The position numbers were made by a program, and so were the translations under genes. The notes under the pieces were generated by a model. That model was given only the letters and a program-made list of their open reading frames with translations, did no database searches and had not been told where the DNA came from. Shown one piece after another: positions 50,910 to 63,068 of a stretch of DNA of 64,000 nucleotides (position 1 is the first letter of the stretch; every line of letters starts with the position of its first letter). This stretch comes from an uncultured SAR86 cluster bacterium (GTDB lineage: Bacteria; Pseudomonadota; Gammaproteobacteria; Magnimaribacterales; D2472), in contig CACEDQ010000001.1 of assembly GCA_902558375.1 (NCBI GenBank), positions 25,929 through 89,928 of the forward strand, in the 5' to 3' direction.

Positions 50910-51077
50910 ATGAACCCTTTTACAATGATGAAAGATGCTAAAAATATGGAAAAGATGATGAAGCCAGCTCTAGAAAAATTTATGAAGGAAGCAGGTTTTG
51001 TTAAAAAGGATGAAATTGAACCTTTAAAAAGAAGAATTGCTGAATTAGAGTCTAAGGTATCAAAATTAAAAGGTTAA
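50910..51077 (+). CDS. Small coiled-coil protein (55 aa, not in ORF track)
   Basis: SD TAAGGAG; MNPFTMMKDAKNMEKMMKPALEKFMKEAGFVKKDEIEPLKRRIAELESKVSKLKG. Confidence 0.75.
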   Translation: MNPFTMMKDAKNMEKMMKPALEKFMKEAGFVKKDEIEPLKRRIAELESKVSKLKG

Positions 51078-51106
51078 AAGAAGCAGATATTTCTAGGGTC
51101 ATTGAA

Positions 51107-51322
51107 ATGGCATGGGAGGACAGAACTCCTTTTGATGCTATTGAGGCAGCCTATGGCCTTAATCAGAATCAAGTTGAAGATCTGATGAGAAGAAATCTAA
51201 AAAAGGGTAGCTATACTCTCTGGAGAGAGAGGGCTAGGGGTCGAAAAACAAAACATGCAGGCTTAAGAGATTTTAAAGTAGGAAGACATCATTCTTATGA
51301 CCAAAACAAACTTAAAAATTAA
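51107..51322 (+). CDS. TIGR03643-family protein (true start may be upstream)
   Basis: IEMAWEDRTPFDAI..W R.R..GRKTKH. Confidence 0.85.
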   Translation: MAWEDRTPFDAIEAAYGLNQNQVEDLMRRNLKKGSYTLWRERARGRKTKHAGLRDFKVGRHHSYDQNKLKN

Positions 51323-51614
51323 CCGTATTAGAATAGAAAATCTATATAAATCAATGTTTGTAGAGGTAGACAACACTTCTATCACTTGTTCAGATAGTCA
51401 TATTGAAATTAAACATCATGATAATTTTAATCATGATTCTGCATCATTAGAAATCGAAGAAATAAAAGATAGCTATTTCATTGTTAGATATTGGGATGGC
51501 TATTCACTAGCAGAAATTGAAGAATCAAGTGACTTAGCCAAATCTCTAAAAATTTTTAAACGCCTAGCAAAAAAAATGGCTAAAAATCTAAGGAGATTTT
51601 CTAATAACTTCTAA
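51297..51614 (+). CDS. Hypothetical protein
   Basis: 105-aa ORF in the same transcription unit; no motif recognised. Confidence 0.55.
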   Translation: MTKTNLKINRIRIENLYKSMFVEVDNTSITCSDSHIEIKHHDNFNHDSASLEIEEIKDSYFIVRYWDGYSLAEIEESSDLAKSLKIFKRLAKKMAKNLRRFSNNF

Positions 51615-51876
51615 TAAATTAAATTTAGTTTAGGTTAGATCTGGGCGTCCTAGATATATAAGTTTATTAAATGCCTTTAATAAACAAGAAATAGGCAAAG
51701 CAGATCTTATTGTATTGCCTGATATCAATTTTTGGAGAGGAGATAGTTAATATTCTAATAGGGGAGAACAAAAACTATTAAATGTAATATACAAGCAATA
51801 CTTGTAGCGAATGTTATTTTATTGGATAAATATTTGTCAAATTTTTTATAAATGCCTATATATAAGCATTTAAGGG

Positions 51877-51909
51877 TGTATATTTCTGTAGTTATACTAC
51901 AGATATACA
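51877..51909 (-). terminator. Hairpin just after the proA stop
   Basis: TGTATAT..TCTGTAGT-TAT-ACTACAGA-TATACA inverted repeat. Confidence 0.45.
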
Positions 51910-51915
51910 AACTTT

Positions 51916-53175
51916 TTAATTTCTAGTATGGCCATTTCCATTAACAAGGTATTTAAAACTTGTTAATTGATCAACTCCAACAGGCCCTCTTGCATGAAAT
52001 TTTCCAGTAGCTATTCCAATTTCTCCACCAAGACCAAATTCACCACCATCAGCAAATTGAGTAGAAACATTATGCATAACTATTGCACTATCTAATTCTT
52101 TTTGAAACTTAGAAGCTCTGTTCAGATCTTCTGTAAGAATCGATTCGGTGTGTCCCGATGAGTATTGCTCAATATGTTTAATAGCCTCATCTAAGCTATT
52201 CACTATTTTTATACTTACAATTGGAAGAAGATATTCAGTTGACCAATCTTCTTCTGATGCTTGTTTAATATTTTCATTATATTTAAATGTTTCTGAACAT
52301 CCTCTAATCTCACAAGCTTGTGCTTTTAGCGCATTTATTAGAAGTGGCATAAAATCATTAGCAATTTCTGAATGAACAAGTATTGTTTCTACTGCACCGC
52401 ATATGCCAGGTCTTCGCATTTTTGCATTAATACAAACATCTAATGACTTGTTTTGATTTGCTGATTTATCTACAAATATATGACATATACCTTCGAGATG
52501 AGCAAAGACTGGAACTCTTGCTTCTTCTTCAACCATCGATACAAGACTTTTACCACCTCTTGGAACTATTACATCTATAGATTGATTTATTCCGTGAAGC
52601 ATTTGTTTTACAACTTCTCTATCAGTGGTTTTTATAATCTGAATAGCATTTTCATTAATTCCAGCTTCTTTTAATCCTTTCACCAGTGATTTATGGATTT
52701 CTAAACAAGAGTTAATGCCATCAGATCCACCTCTCAATATAGATGCATTACCAGCTTTTAATGATAATGCGCCAGCATCTGCAGTTACGTTCGGTCTGCT
52801 TTCAAATATTATGCCAATTACACCCAAGGGTGTTGAAACTCTTGATATGTGCATACCATTCGGTCGTTGCCATGAATCAAGAACTTTTCCAACCGGATCA
52901 TTAAATGATGCAATTTCAAGAAGGGTGTCGGATATGGACTTGACTCTTTCTCTATTAAGTTGAAGACGGTCTATAAAAGATGCAGATAAATTTTTTGATT
53001 GACCATTTTCTATGTCAATTGCATTAGCATCTAAAATATCTTGTTGATCAGCAAGTATAAATTTTGACATTGCGTGCAGTGCATTATTTTTTTGCTCGGA
53101 GGTTGTTTTCGCAAGAATTCTTGCTGCTTCTTTAGCCCTTAAACCAATTTGAGTGATGTTAATATCTTTAGTCAT
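51916..53175 (-). CDS. proA: Gamma-glutamyl phosphate reductase
   Basis: IFESRPNVT, VPRGG, CGAVET, STQFADGGEFG, HARGP. Confidence 0.96.
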   Translation of the reverse strand: MTKDINITQIGLRAKEAARILAKTTSEQKNNALHAMSKFILADQQDILDANAIDIENGQSKNLSASFIDRLQLNRERVKSISDTLLEIASFNDPVGKVLDSWQRPNGMHISRVSTPLGVIGIIFESRPNVTADAGALSLKAGNASILRGGSDGINSCLEIHKSLVKGLKEAGINENAIQIIKTTDREVVKQMLHGINQSIDVIVPRGGKSLVSMVEEEARVPVFAHLEGICHIFVDKSANQNKSLDVCINAKMRRPGICGAVETILVHSEIANDFMPLLINALKAQACEIRGCSETFKYNENIKQASEEDWSTEYLLPIVSIKIVNSLDEAIKHIEQYSSGHTESILTEDLNRASKFQKELDSAIVMHNVSTQFADGGEFGLGGEIGIATGKFHARGPVGVDQLTSFKYLVNGNGHTRN

Positions 53176-53963
53176 TATGATTTTGCAATAAATTTAGTAG
53201 CCTTTGTTTTTTTATTGGAAAGGCTTCTTATTGGCTTTTCTTTTAATCCTGAGGTAATAATAACTGAGCATTTTGATTTCATACAAATTTCTGCAGCTTC
53301 AACTTTTGAAATCATTCCACCCTTACCAAGTTTGTTAGCAGTACCAGCCATATTTCTTATTTTTCTTGTTATAGATTTCACTTCTTTAACTAAATCATCA
53401 TTTTTATTATTTTTTGGCGGTTCTTTATAAAGCCCATCAACATTTGATAATAAAATTAAATAGTTAGCATCTACTAATGATGCTAATTGTGCAGCCAGGA
53501 TATCATTATCGCCAAACTTGATCTCATCAGTGGATGTGGTGTCATTTTCATTAATAATGGGTACACAATTAAAAGCTAATAAGTTTTCTATAGTTGCAAT
53601 TGCATTTTTAGATGATCTTTTATTTTTGATATCCGAAGGGGATAAAAGTATTTGAGCTACTTGTTGTTTATGTTTTTTAAATTCATTCTGCCAAGCTGTC
53701 ATTAATTCTATTTGACCTCTCGCTGCTACTGCCTGTGATTCGTTTAAAGTGAGATTGTCTTTTAGATTTAATTTTCCTCTTCCTAGGGAGATAGCGCCGG
53801 ATGATACAACAATAATATTTTTATTAGATTTTAGAAGCCAAACTATATCTTTTACTACATTCTTTAGGACAGTTTTGTTTACACCGCCCCTTGAGTTCGT
53901 AAGAAGAGATGACCCTATTTTAATAACTATTTTATTAGAGCTTAAGATACTGTTTTTTTGCAT
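53175..53963 (-). CDS. proB: Glutamate 5-kinase lacking the PUA domain
   Basis: KIGSS, VSSGA, INENDT, FGDND, GGMISK; 262 aa. Confidence 0.94.
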   Translation of the reverse strand: MQKNSILSSNKIVIKIGSSLLTNSRGGVNKTVLKNVVKDIVWLLKSNKNIIVVSSGAISLGRGKLNLKDNLTLNESQAVAARGQIELMTAWQNEFKKHKQQVAQILLSPSDIKNKRSSKNAIATIENLLAFNCVPIINENDTTSTDEIKFGDNDILAAQLASLVDANYLILLSNVDGLYKEPPKNNKNDDLVKEVKSITRKIRNMAGTANKLGKGGMISKVEAAEICMKSKCSVIITSGLKEKPIRSLSNKKTKATKFIAKS

Positions 53964-54016
53964 TTTGCGATTATAAGAGTATCTTGTTTTATAACAATTA
54001 ATTTATACTCATTTCT

Positions 54017-55822
54017 ATGAAAAAAGTATCTATTTTATGCTTATTTTTTTTATCAGCATGTGGGGGAGGTTCTTCAAATTCACCCCCTGAAACTAATAAT
54101 AATAACTTTGATATTTTTTTATCGGGACTTAATTCAAATGGTTATAGCTTTGATCAACAAAATATATCTATAAGTTCAACAGATATAAATTGCTCTTATA
54201 CTTTAAATAGCAGTGACTTAATTCATTTAGAAAACGATGGTAACAATAATTTTTCATTTAAAAATCCAATAATATATGAATCCTCTGAGGTTTTTAATTT
54301 TGTTGTCACCACTGTTCCTAAAAGTAATTGCAGAAATGCGAGCAAGACTTTTTCAATAACCGTAAATAAATTTCCAACAGAATATGAGGCTTATCCTGCA
54401 AACACACCAGATCTTGCTACAGAATTTTACCAAGTTAATGACATTGGCTTTGGTGGGATTGTTATAACAGATAGATTTTCTGCAACAATATGCTATCCAA
54501 CTCCAGACGATTGTGAAGTTTGGGAAAATGAACTTTTTGGTCAAGATGCTCATAACATGACTACCGGTGACTTTAATGGCGATGGGCATGAAGACTTTGC
54601 AGTTGCATGGACATTATTTCCTCATACCGTCAGAGAAGATCAGAAAGTTAATGCTCCAATTAATATTTATTTAAATGATGGTACTGGTAGATATAAAGAA
54701 GATATTAATCTATATCAATCAGGCGAAGCTCCAACCCATCCATTTGCTTACAGACTTGTTGCTAAAGATTTTAATAATGATGGCGTTGATGATTTATTTG
54801 CTGGCTCAATGGGTATTCAAGTTAGATATGAAGACTATTCACAGAATCATATTGATCCATATCCTCATTTATTGTTGCTATCTGACAATAACGGAAAACT
54901 TGTTGAAAGCTCATCAAATATTACAGATGACAATGATGGAAAAGGAATGCTATGTAGTTTTGCTCATGATGCCAGCGCGGGTGATCCTGATGGTGATGGA
55001 GATATAGATATTTATGCATGTAATGTTTTATTAATTAACGATGGAATTGGAAATTTTGAAATCCATCCTTACATTAATTTTGACTGGTCAATTAGTAATA
55101 AATATGGCAATCCTATGAGCAGTCTTGTAGTTGATCTAAATAATGATAATTATGATGATTTAGTTTTTTGGAATTTTGATAATAGACAGCATTGGTCAGA
55201 TGCTAATGAAGGGTATATTCTTTTAAGCAATGAAACACCACATATTGAAGACTGGCAAAAAGTAATTTTGCCTACAGGACCATTTGGAGAAAATCACAAT
55301 AAATATAATCATGCCGCTTCCGGTGATTTTAATAATGATGGTTATATGGATATTGTTGTTGCAGTCACTAGAGACGACCCATATTATGAAGGAGCATATA
55401 TTCAAGTTCTAATTAACGATGGTTCTGGGGTATTAATTGATGAAACATCCTCCAGATTTTCTAATCAACCAAGGAAAGATTCGCATCATGGTGAGGGTAA
55501 TATTTATATAAGAGATATGAATAGCGATAATTTTTTGGATATTGTTCATTCAACTCGTGATTATTCAAGCGGCTATCATGGTGCCCATGTAGCAATAAAC
55601 GATGGTTATGGAAATTTTAGCTCAATAACAAATGCAGATTTACCAGATAGACCAGATAGTGGATTTAATAATTATGATATGTTGATGAAGGGAATGCCAA
55701 TAAATGCAGACAATTCATCATGTTTAGATCTTATATCTGTAACTGACACTGGTTGGGGAGATGGCAGTGAAGATACAAGAAATTATTTATTTACCCTTAT
55801 CAATTTACAGTGTTACCAATAG
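54017..55822 (+). CDS. FG-GAP/VCBS repeat lipoprotein
   Basis: LSAC-GGGSS lipobox; repeated D(F/P/L/M)N.DG..D Ca-binding loops. Confidence 0.85.
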   Translation: MKKVSILCLFFLSACGGGSSNSPPETNNNNFDIFLSGLNSNGYSFDQQNISISSTDINCSYTLNSSDLIHLENDGNNNFSFKNPIIYESSEVFNFVVTTVPKSNCRNASKTFSITVNKFPTEYEAYPANTPDLATEFYQVNDIGFGGIVITDRFSATICYPTPDDCEVWENELFGQDAHNMTTGDFNGDGHEDFAVAWTLFPHTVREDQKVNAPINIYLNDGTGRYKEDINLYQSGEAPTHPFAYRLVAKDFNNDGVDDLFAGSMGIQVRYEDYSQNHIDPYPHLLLLSDNNGKLVESSSNITDDNDGKGMLCSFAHDASAGDPDGDGDIDIYACNVLLINDGIGNFEIHPYINFDWSISNKYGNPMSSLVVDLNNDNYDDLVFWNFDNRQHWSDANEGYILLSNETPHIEDWQKVILPTGPFGENHNKYNHAASGDFNNDGYMDIVVAVTRDDPYYEGAYIQVLINDGSGVLIDETSSRFSNQPRKDSHHGEGNIYIRDMNSDNFLDIVHSTRDYSSGYHGAHVAINDGYGNFSSITNADLPDRPDSGFNNYDMLMKGMPINADNSSCLDLISVTDTGWGDGSEDTRNYLFTLINLQCYQ

Positions 55823-55826
55823 ATGT

Positions 55827-55911
55827 TGGTGCCCCATGCCTGAGTCGAACAGGCACTCCCGAAGGAACGCGATTTTGAATCGCGCGCGTCTACCAATTCC
55901 GCCAATAGGGC
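55827..55911 (-). tRNA. tRNA-Leu(CAA)
   Basis: GCCCTATTGGCGGAATTGGTAGACGC..CGCGA-TTCAAAA-TCGCG; long variable arm, TTCGA, CCA end. Confidence 0.96.
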
Positions 55912-55959
55912 ACGGTTGGCATTGTAGCTAAGTATTAACTAATTTAAAATCAGCATCTC

Positions 55960-58084
<2,125 letters not shown>

Positions 58085-58095
58085 GATTTTTTATT

Positions 58096-58389
58096 ATGGA
58101 ACAGCAACCTTCACTATGGCCAACTTTTGTAATTTTTGGTGGATTATTTTTATTCATGTATTTAATGATTATAAGGCCACAAAATAAAAGAAATGCTCAA
58201 ATTAAAGATATGCTTTCAAAGCTGGAAAAAGGATCAGAGGTTATTGCTGCAAGTGGAATACTTGGAAAAGTTATAGATATAAGCGGGGCATATGTTTCTA
58301 TTGAAATCGGAGAGAATAACGTTATTAAATTACAAAAATCAGCAATTGCTAACATTCTGCCTAAAGGCACTATAGATTCAATTAAATAA
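58096..58389 (+). CDS. yajC: Preprotein translocase subunit YajC
   Basis: TM helix plus IRPQ; LPKGT; synteny. Confidence 0.95.
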   Translation: MEQQPSLWPTFVIFGGLFLFMYLMIIRPQNKRNAQIKDMLSKLEKGSEVIAASGILGKVIDISGAYVSIEIGENNVIKLQKSAIANILPKGTIDSIK

Positions 58390-58394
58390 TTCAA

Positions 58395-60251
58395 GTGAAT
58401 AAGTTCTCCATATATCAATACTTATTAATACTATTTGTATTGGTATTAGGTTTTACTTATGCACTTCCAAACCTTTACCCAACTCAACCATCAATACAAG
58501 TTGCATATACAGATTCAGGCAAATCGGCTGATCAGATTTTATTAAATGAGTTAGAAGAAATTTTAGATAATGACTCTATCAGCTATCAAGAAATTTTTTT
58601 AAGAGAAAATAAGATTGTTATCAAGTTCAATTCATTGGATGATCAGCTTGATTCAAAAACTATTTTGCAAAATAAACTCTTAGATAAAGTTATTATTGCT
58701 CTAAATCTTGAACCTTCAACGCCTGATTGGCTGAAAGATATCGGAGGCCAGCCAGTAAAACTTGGTTTAGATCTGTCTGGCGGTGTTCATTTTTTGCTTG
58801 AAGTTGATATTGATACAGCTCAACAGGGAAGATTAGAACTATTATTAGACACATATAGAAAAACTTTTAAAGAGGAGAGAATTGAATTTATAAACTCTTC
58901 AATTGATGATTTAAAATTATTTTTTGAATTTAAATCCAAAGATAGTTATAACAAAGCTTTAGCTAAATATAGAACTGATAGCCCTGGAATTAGTGGACTT
59001 CAATACATAATAACTGAAAGACCTTCAGCAAATATTCTGTTGTTAGAGTACTCTGATATAGCTCTAAGAGAAATCAGAGATTATGCTGTCGGACAAAATT
59101 TAATGACACTAAGAAACAGAGTAAATGAGCTTGGTGTTTCTGAGCCAATTGTTCAACGTCAGGGTGCGAATAGGATTGTTGTTCAACTTCCTGGAGTTCA
59201 AGACCCCACTGCTGCAAAGAAGATTATTGGAAAAACTGCAAACTTAGAGTTCAGATTAGAAGCTAATTCTAGAACCTCTCCACTTAGAAAAGAAACATTT
59301 TCTTTTAAAGAAGACGAGTTTATGACGGCCTCTCTTGAAAAAGCTGTTGTGGTTTCTGGGGATAGAGTTACTAATGCAAGTACTGGATTTGATGAAAGCG
59401 GCTTTGCTCAGGTAAACATAACTCTTGATATGCAGGGCGGTAGAGCTATGCAAAAAGCTACTTCTGGAAATATTGGTAGAAAGTTAGCTGTATTATTTGT
59501 TGAGCAGAAAAGTAAATCAGAACTAGTTACAAATGAGCAAGGTGAAAGCATTATTGAACAAACCACCTATATAGAAAAAAACATAATTAGTCTTGCCACC
59601 ATACAAGCTGTTTTAGGTACTAGTTTTAGAATTACTGGAGTGGGCTCACCTCAAGAAGCAAGTGAATTGGCACTTTTATTGAGAGCTGGTGCTTTAGCTG
59701 CTCCAATGAAGTTTGTTGAAGAGAGAACAGTTGGACCAAGTTTAGGAAAAGAAAATATTGAGCTTGGAATGAAATCAATAATGATGGGCTTAGCTTTGGT
59801 TATTATTTTTATGACTGTTTATTACAGAGTTTTTGGGTTAGCAGCAAATATATCACTGTTAATTAATTTAGTTCTTATTACAGGAATTATGTCCTTGCTT
59901 GGAGCAACTTTAACATTGCCAGGAATTGCTGGTATTGTTCTTACAGTTGGTATGGCTGTTGATGCTAATGTATTGATTTTTGCCAGAATTCGCGAGGAAT
60001 TAAAAGAAAAAGATCCGCAAACAGCAATTAGAGATGGTTTCTCAAGAGCTTTTATTACAATCTTTGATGCCAACGTAACAACATTAATTGCAGCATTAAT
60101 TTTATATGTCATCGGAACTGGTCCTGTAAAAGGATTTGCGATAACACTATCTATAGGCATAGTAACCTCAATGTTTACAGCAATAATGTGTACAAGAGCT
60201 ATGGTAAATATAGTTTACGGAAATAAAAATATTAAGGTATTGAAAATATAA
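58395..60251 (+). CDS. secD: Protein translocase subunit SecD
   Basis: LGLDLSGG, LGVSEP, GMAVDANV, IFDANVTT. Confidence 0.97.
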   Translation: MNKFSIYQYLLILFVLVLGFTYALPNLYPTQPSIQVAYTDSGKSADQILLNELEEILDNDSISYQEIFLRENKIVIKFNSLDDQLDSKTILQNKLLDKVIIALNLEPSTPDWLKDIGGQPVKLGLDLSGGVHFLLEVDIDTAQQGRLELLLDTYRKTFKEERIEFINSSIDDLKLFFEFKSKDSYNKALAKYRTDSPGISGLQYIITERPSANILLLEYSDIALREIRDYAVGQNLMTLRNRVNELGVSEPIVQRQGANRIVVQLPGVQDPTAAKKIIGKTANLEFRLEANSRTSPLRKETFSFKEDEFMTASLEKAVVVSGDRVTNASTGFDESGFAQVNITLDMQGGRAMQKATSGNIGRKLAVLFVEQKSKSELVTNEQGESIIEQTTYIEKNIISLATIQAVLGTSFRITGVGSPQEASELALLLRAGALAAPMKFVEERTVGPSLGKENIELGMKSIMMGLALVIIFMTVYYRVFGLAANISLLINLVLITGIMSLLGATLTLPGIAGIVLTVGMAVDANVLIFARIREELKEKDPQTAIRDGFSRAFITIFDANVTTLIAALILYVIGTGPVKGFAITLSIGIVTSMFTAIMCTRAMVNIVYGNKNIKVLKI

Positions 60252-61165
60252 TGAATATTAGATTTCAATTTATGAAATATAGAAAAATCGCTGGTATAGC
60301 CTCGATTATATTATTTTCTATTTCTGTGTTCTCTCTTTCGTTTCGCGGTCTTAGTTTAGGACTAGATTTTAGTGGCGGTACATTGGTTGAAGTTACGTAT
60401 GAGACGCCCGTTGAGTTAGAGTCAATTAGAAAAACACTGACAGATAATGGCTTTGAAGACTCTCAGGTAGTCAATTTTGGTACCAATTTAGATGTTCTTA
60501 TTAAAGTTGCAGATCAAAATGGCAATAGCTCGATAGGTGAGGCAGTTTATAACCTTTTGAATGAGAAAGGTTATAAAGGTGAGCTTAAAAGAGTTGAATT
60601 TGTAGGGCCTCAAGTTGGTTCTGAGCTTCGAGATCAAGGCGGCTTAGGTATGTTGGTCGCTCTTTTTATGATTCTTATGTATGTAGCATTCAGATTTCAG
60701 TACAAGTTTGCTTTAGGAGCTGTTACAGCATTGGGTCATGATGTAGTTATTATTCTTGGCTTATTTTCTATTTTTGCATGGGATTTTGATTTGACTGTTT
60801 TAGCAGCATTGTTAGCCGTGATTGGTTATTCATTAAATGACACAATTGTTGTCTCCGATAGGATTAGAGAAAATTTTAGAATTCAAAGAGACATGGAACC
60901 AATGCAAATGATTGATTTATCTTTAAATCAAACGCTTGGAAGAACAATTGTTACCTCTTTAACTACTTTGTTAGTGCTATTTGCTTTATTTATTTTTGGT
61001 GGAGAAATGATAAAGGGTTTCAGTTTAGCCTTAATACTGGGTGTTATGGTTGGTACCTATTCATCTATATATGTTGTTGCAAATATGTTGATGTCATTAA
61101 CGTTAATACAAGAAGATCTAGCAATACCTGAGCCTGAAGGTGCTGAGTTTGACGAATTACCTTAA
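60251..61165 (+). CDS. secF: Protein translocase subunit SecF
   Basis: GLDFSGG, GYSLNDTIVVSDRIRE, GTYSS. Confidence 0.97.
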   Translation: MNIRFQFMKYRKIAGIASIILFSISVFSLSFRGLSLGLDFSGGTLVEVTYETPVELESIRKTLTDNGFEDSQVVNFGTNLDVLIKVADQNGNSSIGEAVYNLLNEKGYKGELKRVEFVGPQVGSELRDQGGLGMLVALFMILMYVAFRFQYKFALGAVTALGHDVVIILGLFSIFAWDFDLTVLAALLAVIGYSLNDTIVVSDRIRENFRIQRDMEPMQMIDLSLNQTLGRTIVTSLTTLLVLFALFIFGGEMIKGFSLALILGVMVGTYSSIYVVANMLMSLTLIQEDLAIPEPEGAEFDELP

Positions 61166-61959
61166 CTATTAAAGTAGGGTTTTACAGATTTAAGTATTGA
61201 TTTATATACTTTTGGTGTAGAACAAATAAAATGATCCCCGTCCAAATATTTTGGATCCCCATTGAAATTGCTTATTAATGCTCCTGACTCTTGAGCAATT
61301 AGGAGACCTGCTGCAACATCCCAAAGCTTTACCCCATACGCCCACATAGCATCTATTCTGCCAGTTGAAATATAAGCCAAATCAAGAGCTATAGAGCCTG
61401 AGGTTCGAATAGATAAATCTTGATTAGCTATCTCTTTGTAAGTTTTATCAAAGTCATATGAGTATTCAGTTTTAGCATCACTATTTTTATAAAAAGAAAC
61501 CAAGGAGTCACTTAAACCTTGTTGTTTACTAACTCTTATTTTTCCATTATTTAAATCAGCACCAGAGCCTTTGGATGCAGAAAACTCTTCTCTTCTTAAA
61601 GGGTCAACAATTACTGCTGTTGTTGGTACTTCGTCAATTAAGGAGCATAGAGATAAGGCAAAATGAGGATAACCGTTGATGAAATTTGTTTCTCCATCGA
61701 TAGCCTTTAGGACCCATGTAATATTTGAATTATTAATTTCTGAACCAGATTCAGCGCCAAGAAAGTTATCCTCTGGATAATATTTTCTTATCTCATCAAT
61801 CACAATACCTTCGACTCTTCTAATAATAGCTTTAAGGTATCCATCTGGACCGCCTTTTGATGCATCTAAGTTATGAACTTTTTTTACAGCAAACTCCAGC
61901 TCACTAGCACCTTTTCTAGCAGCAATTTGATTAACATTTAATAAAGCTTGTATCGACAT
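61162..61959 (-). CDS. suhB: Inositol monophosphatase family protein SuhB (degenerate metal motif)
   Basis: WVLKAIDGETNF (canonical WIIDPLDGTTNF), GSIALDL, WDVAAG; divergent from trmJ. Confidence 0.88.
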   Translation of the reverse strand: MSIQALLNVNQIAARKGASELEFAVKKVHNLDASKGGPDGYLKAIIRRVEGIVIDEIRKYYPEDNFLGAESGSEINNSNITWVLKAIDGETNFINGYPHFALSLCSLIDEVPTTAVIVDPLRREEFSASKGSGADLNNGKIRVSKQQGLSDSLVSFYKNSDAKTEYSYDFDKTYKEIANQDLSIRTSGSIALDLAYISTGRIDAMWAYGVKLWDVAAGLLIAQESGALISNFNGDPKYLDGDHFICSTPKVYKSILKSVKPYFNS

Positions 61960-61994
61960 GTCGCTATTGTAATGGAAATGGAGATAATAGGCAT

Positions 61995-62720
61995 ATGAGT
62001 TTTAAAAGTAATTTAATTAACATCGTATTAGTCGAAACTTCTCACCCAGGAAATATTGGTTCTGTTGCAAGAGCTATGAAAACAATGGGACTATCTAATC
62101 TATCTTTGGTAAATCCAAGAAAATTTCCCTCAGGAGAGGCTAATGCTTTATCTGGAAATGCTGGTGATGTATTAGAAAATGCTCAAGTTTTTACTTCAAT
62201 TGAAGAAGCCATAAAAGATAGCACTTTTGTTTATGCAACATCTTCTAGAAGCAGAACTATTCAATGGCCAACAGTTCATGCTGAAGAGGGCGCTTCACTT
62301 ATTAATAATCAGGTTACATCAGATAAAAAAATTTCTATTTTATTTGGTAGAGAAGACAGAGGTCTTACTAATGAAGAGCTTCAGCTTGCAAATACTCATA
62401 TTGAGATCCCAGCAAATCCTGAATACCCAGTATTAAATTTAGCAATGTCAGCTCAAATAGTATGTTATGAAATATTTAAATCTCATTTTGAGCAAAAGCC
62501 TAGAGATTGGCATGACTATCCAGAAGTGGACTCAGAAAACCTACAAATGTTGATAGATCATTTTATTGAAACAGCTATAAATATAGATGTAATACATCCT
62601 GATAATCCAAAAAAGATTATTTCAAGAATAAAACGAATGTTCTCAAGGCTTCATCCTGATGAAATGGAAACAAGCTTTATGAGAGGTTTTTTAGCTGCTA
62701 TAAATAAGAAGGTAAAATAG
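61995..62720 (+). CDS. trmJ: tRNA C32/U32 2'-O-methyltransferase
   Basis: SHPGNIGSVARAMK, FGREDRGL, LNLA. Confidence 0.93.
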   Translation: MSFKSNLINIVLVETSHPGNIGSVARAMKTMGLSNLSLVNPRKFPSGEANALSGNAGDVLENAQVFTSIEEAIKDSTFVYATSSRSRTIQWPTVHAEEGASLINNQVTSDKKISILFGREDRGLTNEELQLANTHIEIPANPEYPVLNLAMSAQIVCYEIFKSHFEQKPRDWHDYPEVDSENLQMLIDHFIETAINIDVIHPDNPKKIISRIKRMFSRLHPDEMETSFMRGFLAAINKKVK

Positions 62721-62732
62721 TCACTAATTACT

Positions 62733-62760
62733 TTGCTAATTGCCTCTGATTCCATATAAT
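62733..62760 (+). promoter_or_regulatory. sigma70 promoter of tRNA-Glu
   Basis: TTGCTA-N16-TATAAT, ending 14 nt before the tRNA. Confidence 0.65.
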
Positions 62761-62774
62761 ACGTCTCGCATCAC

Positions 62775-62850
62775 GTCCCGTTCGTCTAGAGGCCTAGGAC
62801 ACCGGGTTTTCATCTCGGCAACAGGGGTTCGACTCCCCTACGGGATGCCA
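62775..62850 (+). tRNA. tRNA-Glu(TTC)
   Basis: GTCCCGTTCGTCTAGAGGCCTAGGAC..CCGGG-TTTTCAT-CTCGG..GGTTCGAC..CCA, 76 nt. Confidence 0.96.
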
Positions 62851-62860
62851 ATTTACCAAG

Positions 62861-62885
62861 AAGCCCACAATAGTGGGCTTTTTTT
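62861..62885 (+). terminator. Intrinsic terminator
   Basis: AAGCCCAC-AATA-GTGGGCTT plus T run. Confidence 0.9.
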
Positions 62886-63068
62886 ATGATTTATATTTTT
62901 CCTAGGGTTTTAATTTGTATGCTAAATACCCCAAAAAGATGCATACAAATAAGGATAAAACTGGTGGAATTACGTATCCCCAAATAGACATCTGACCAGC
63001 AAATAAGAAATTTAGAAAGTGAACTAGGGCTGCTACAGAAAGGAATATCTTGGCAATTTTATTTTGAT

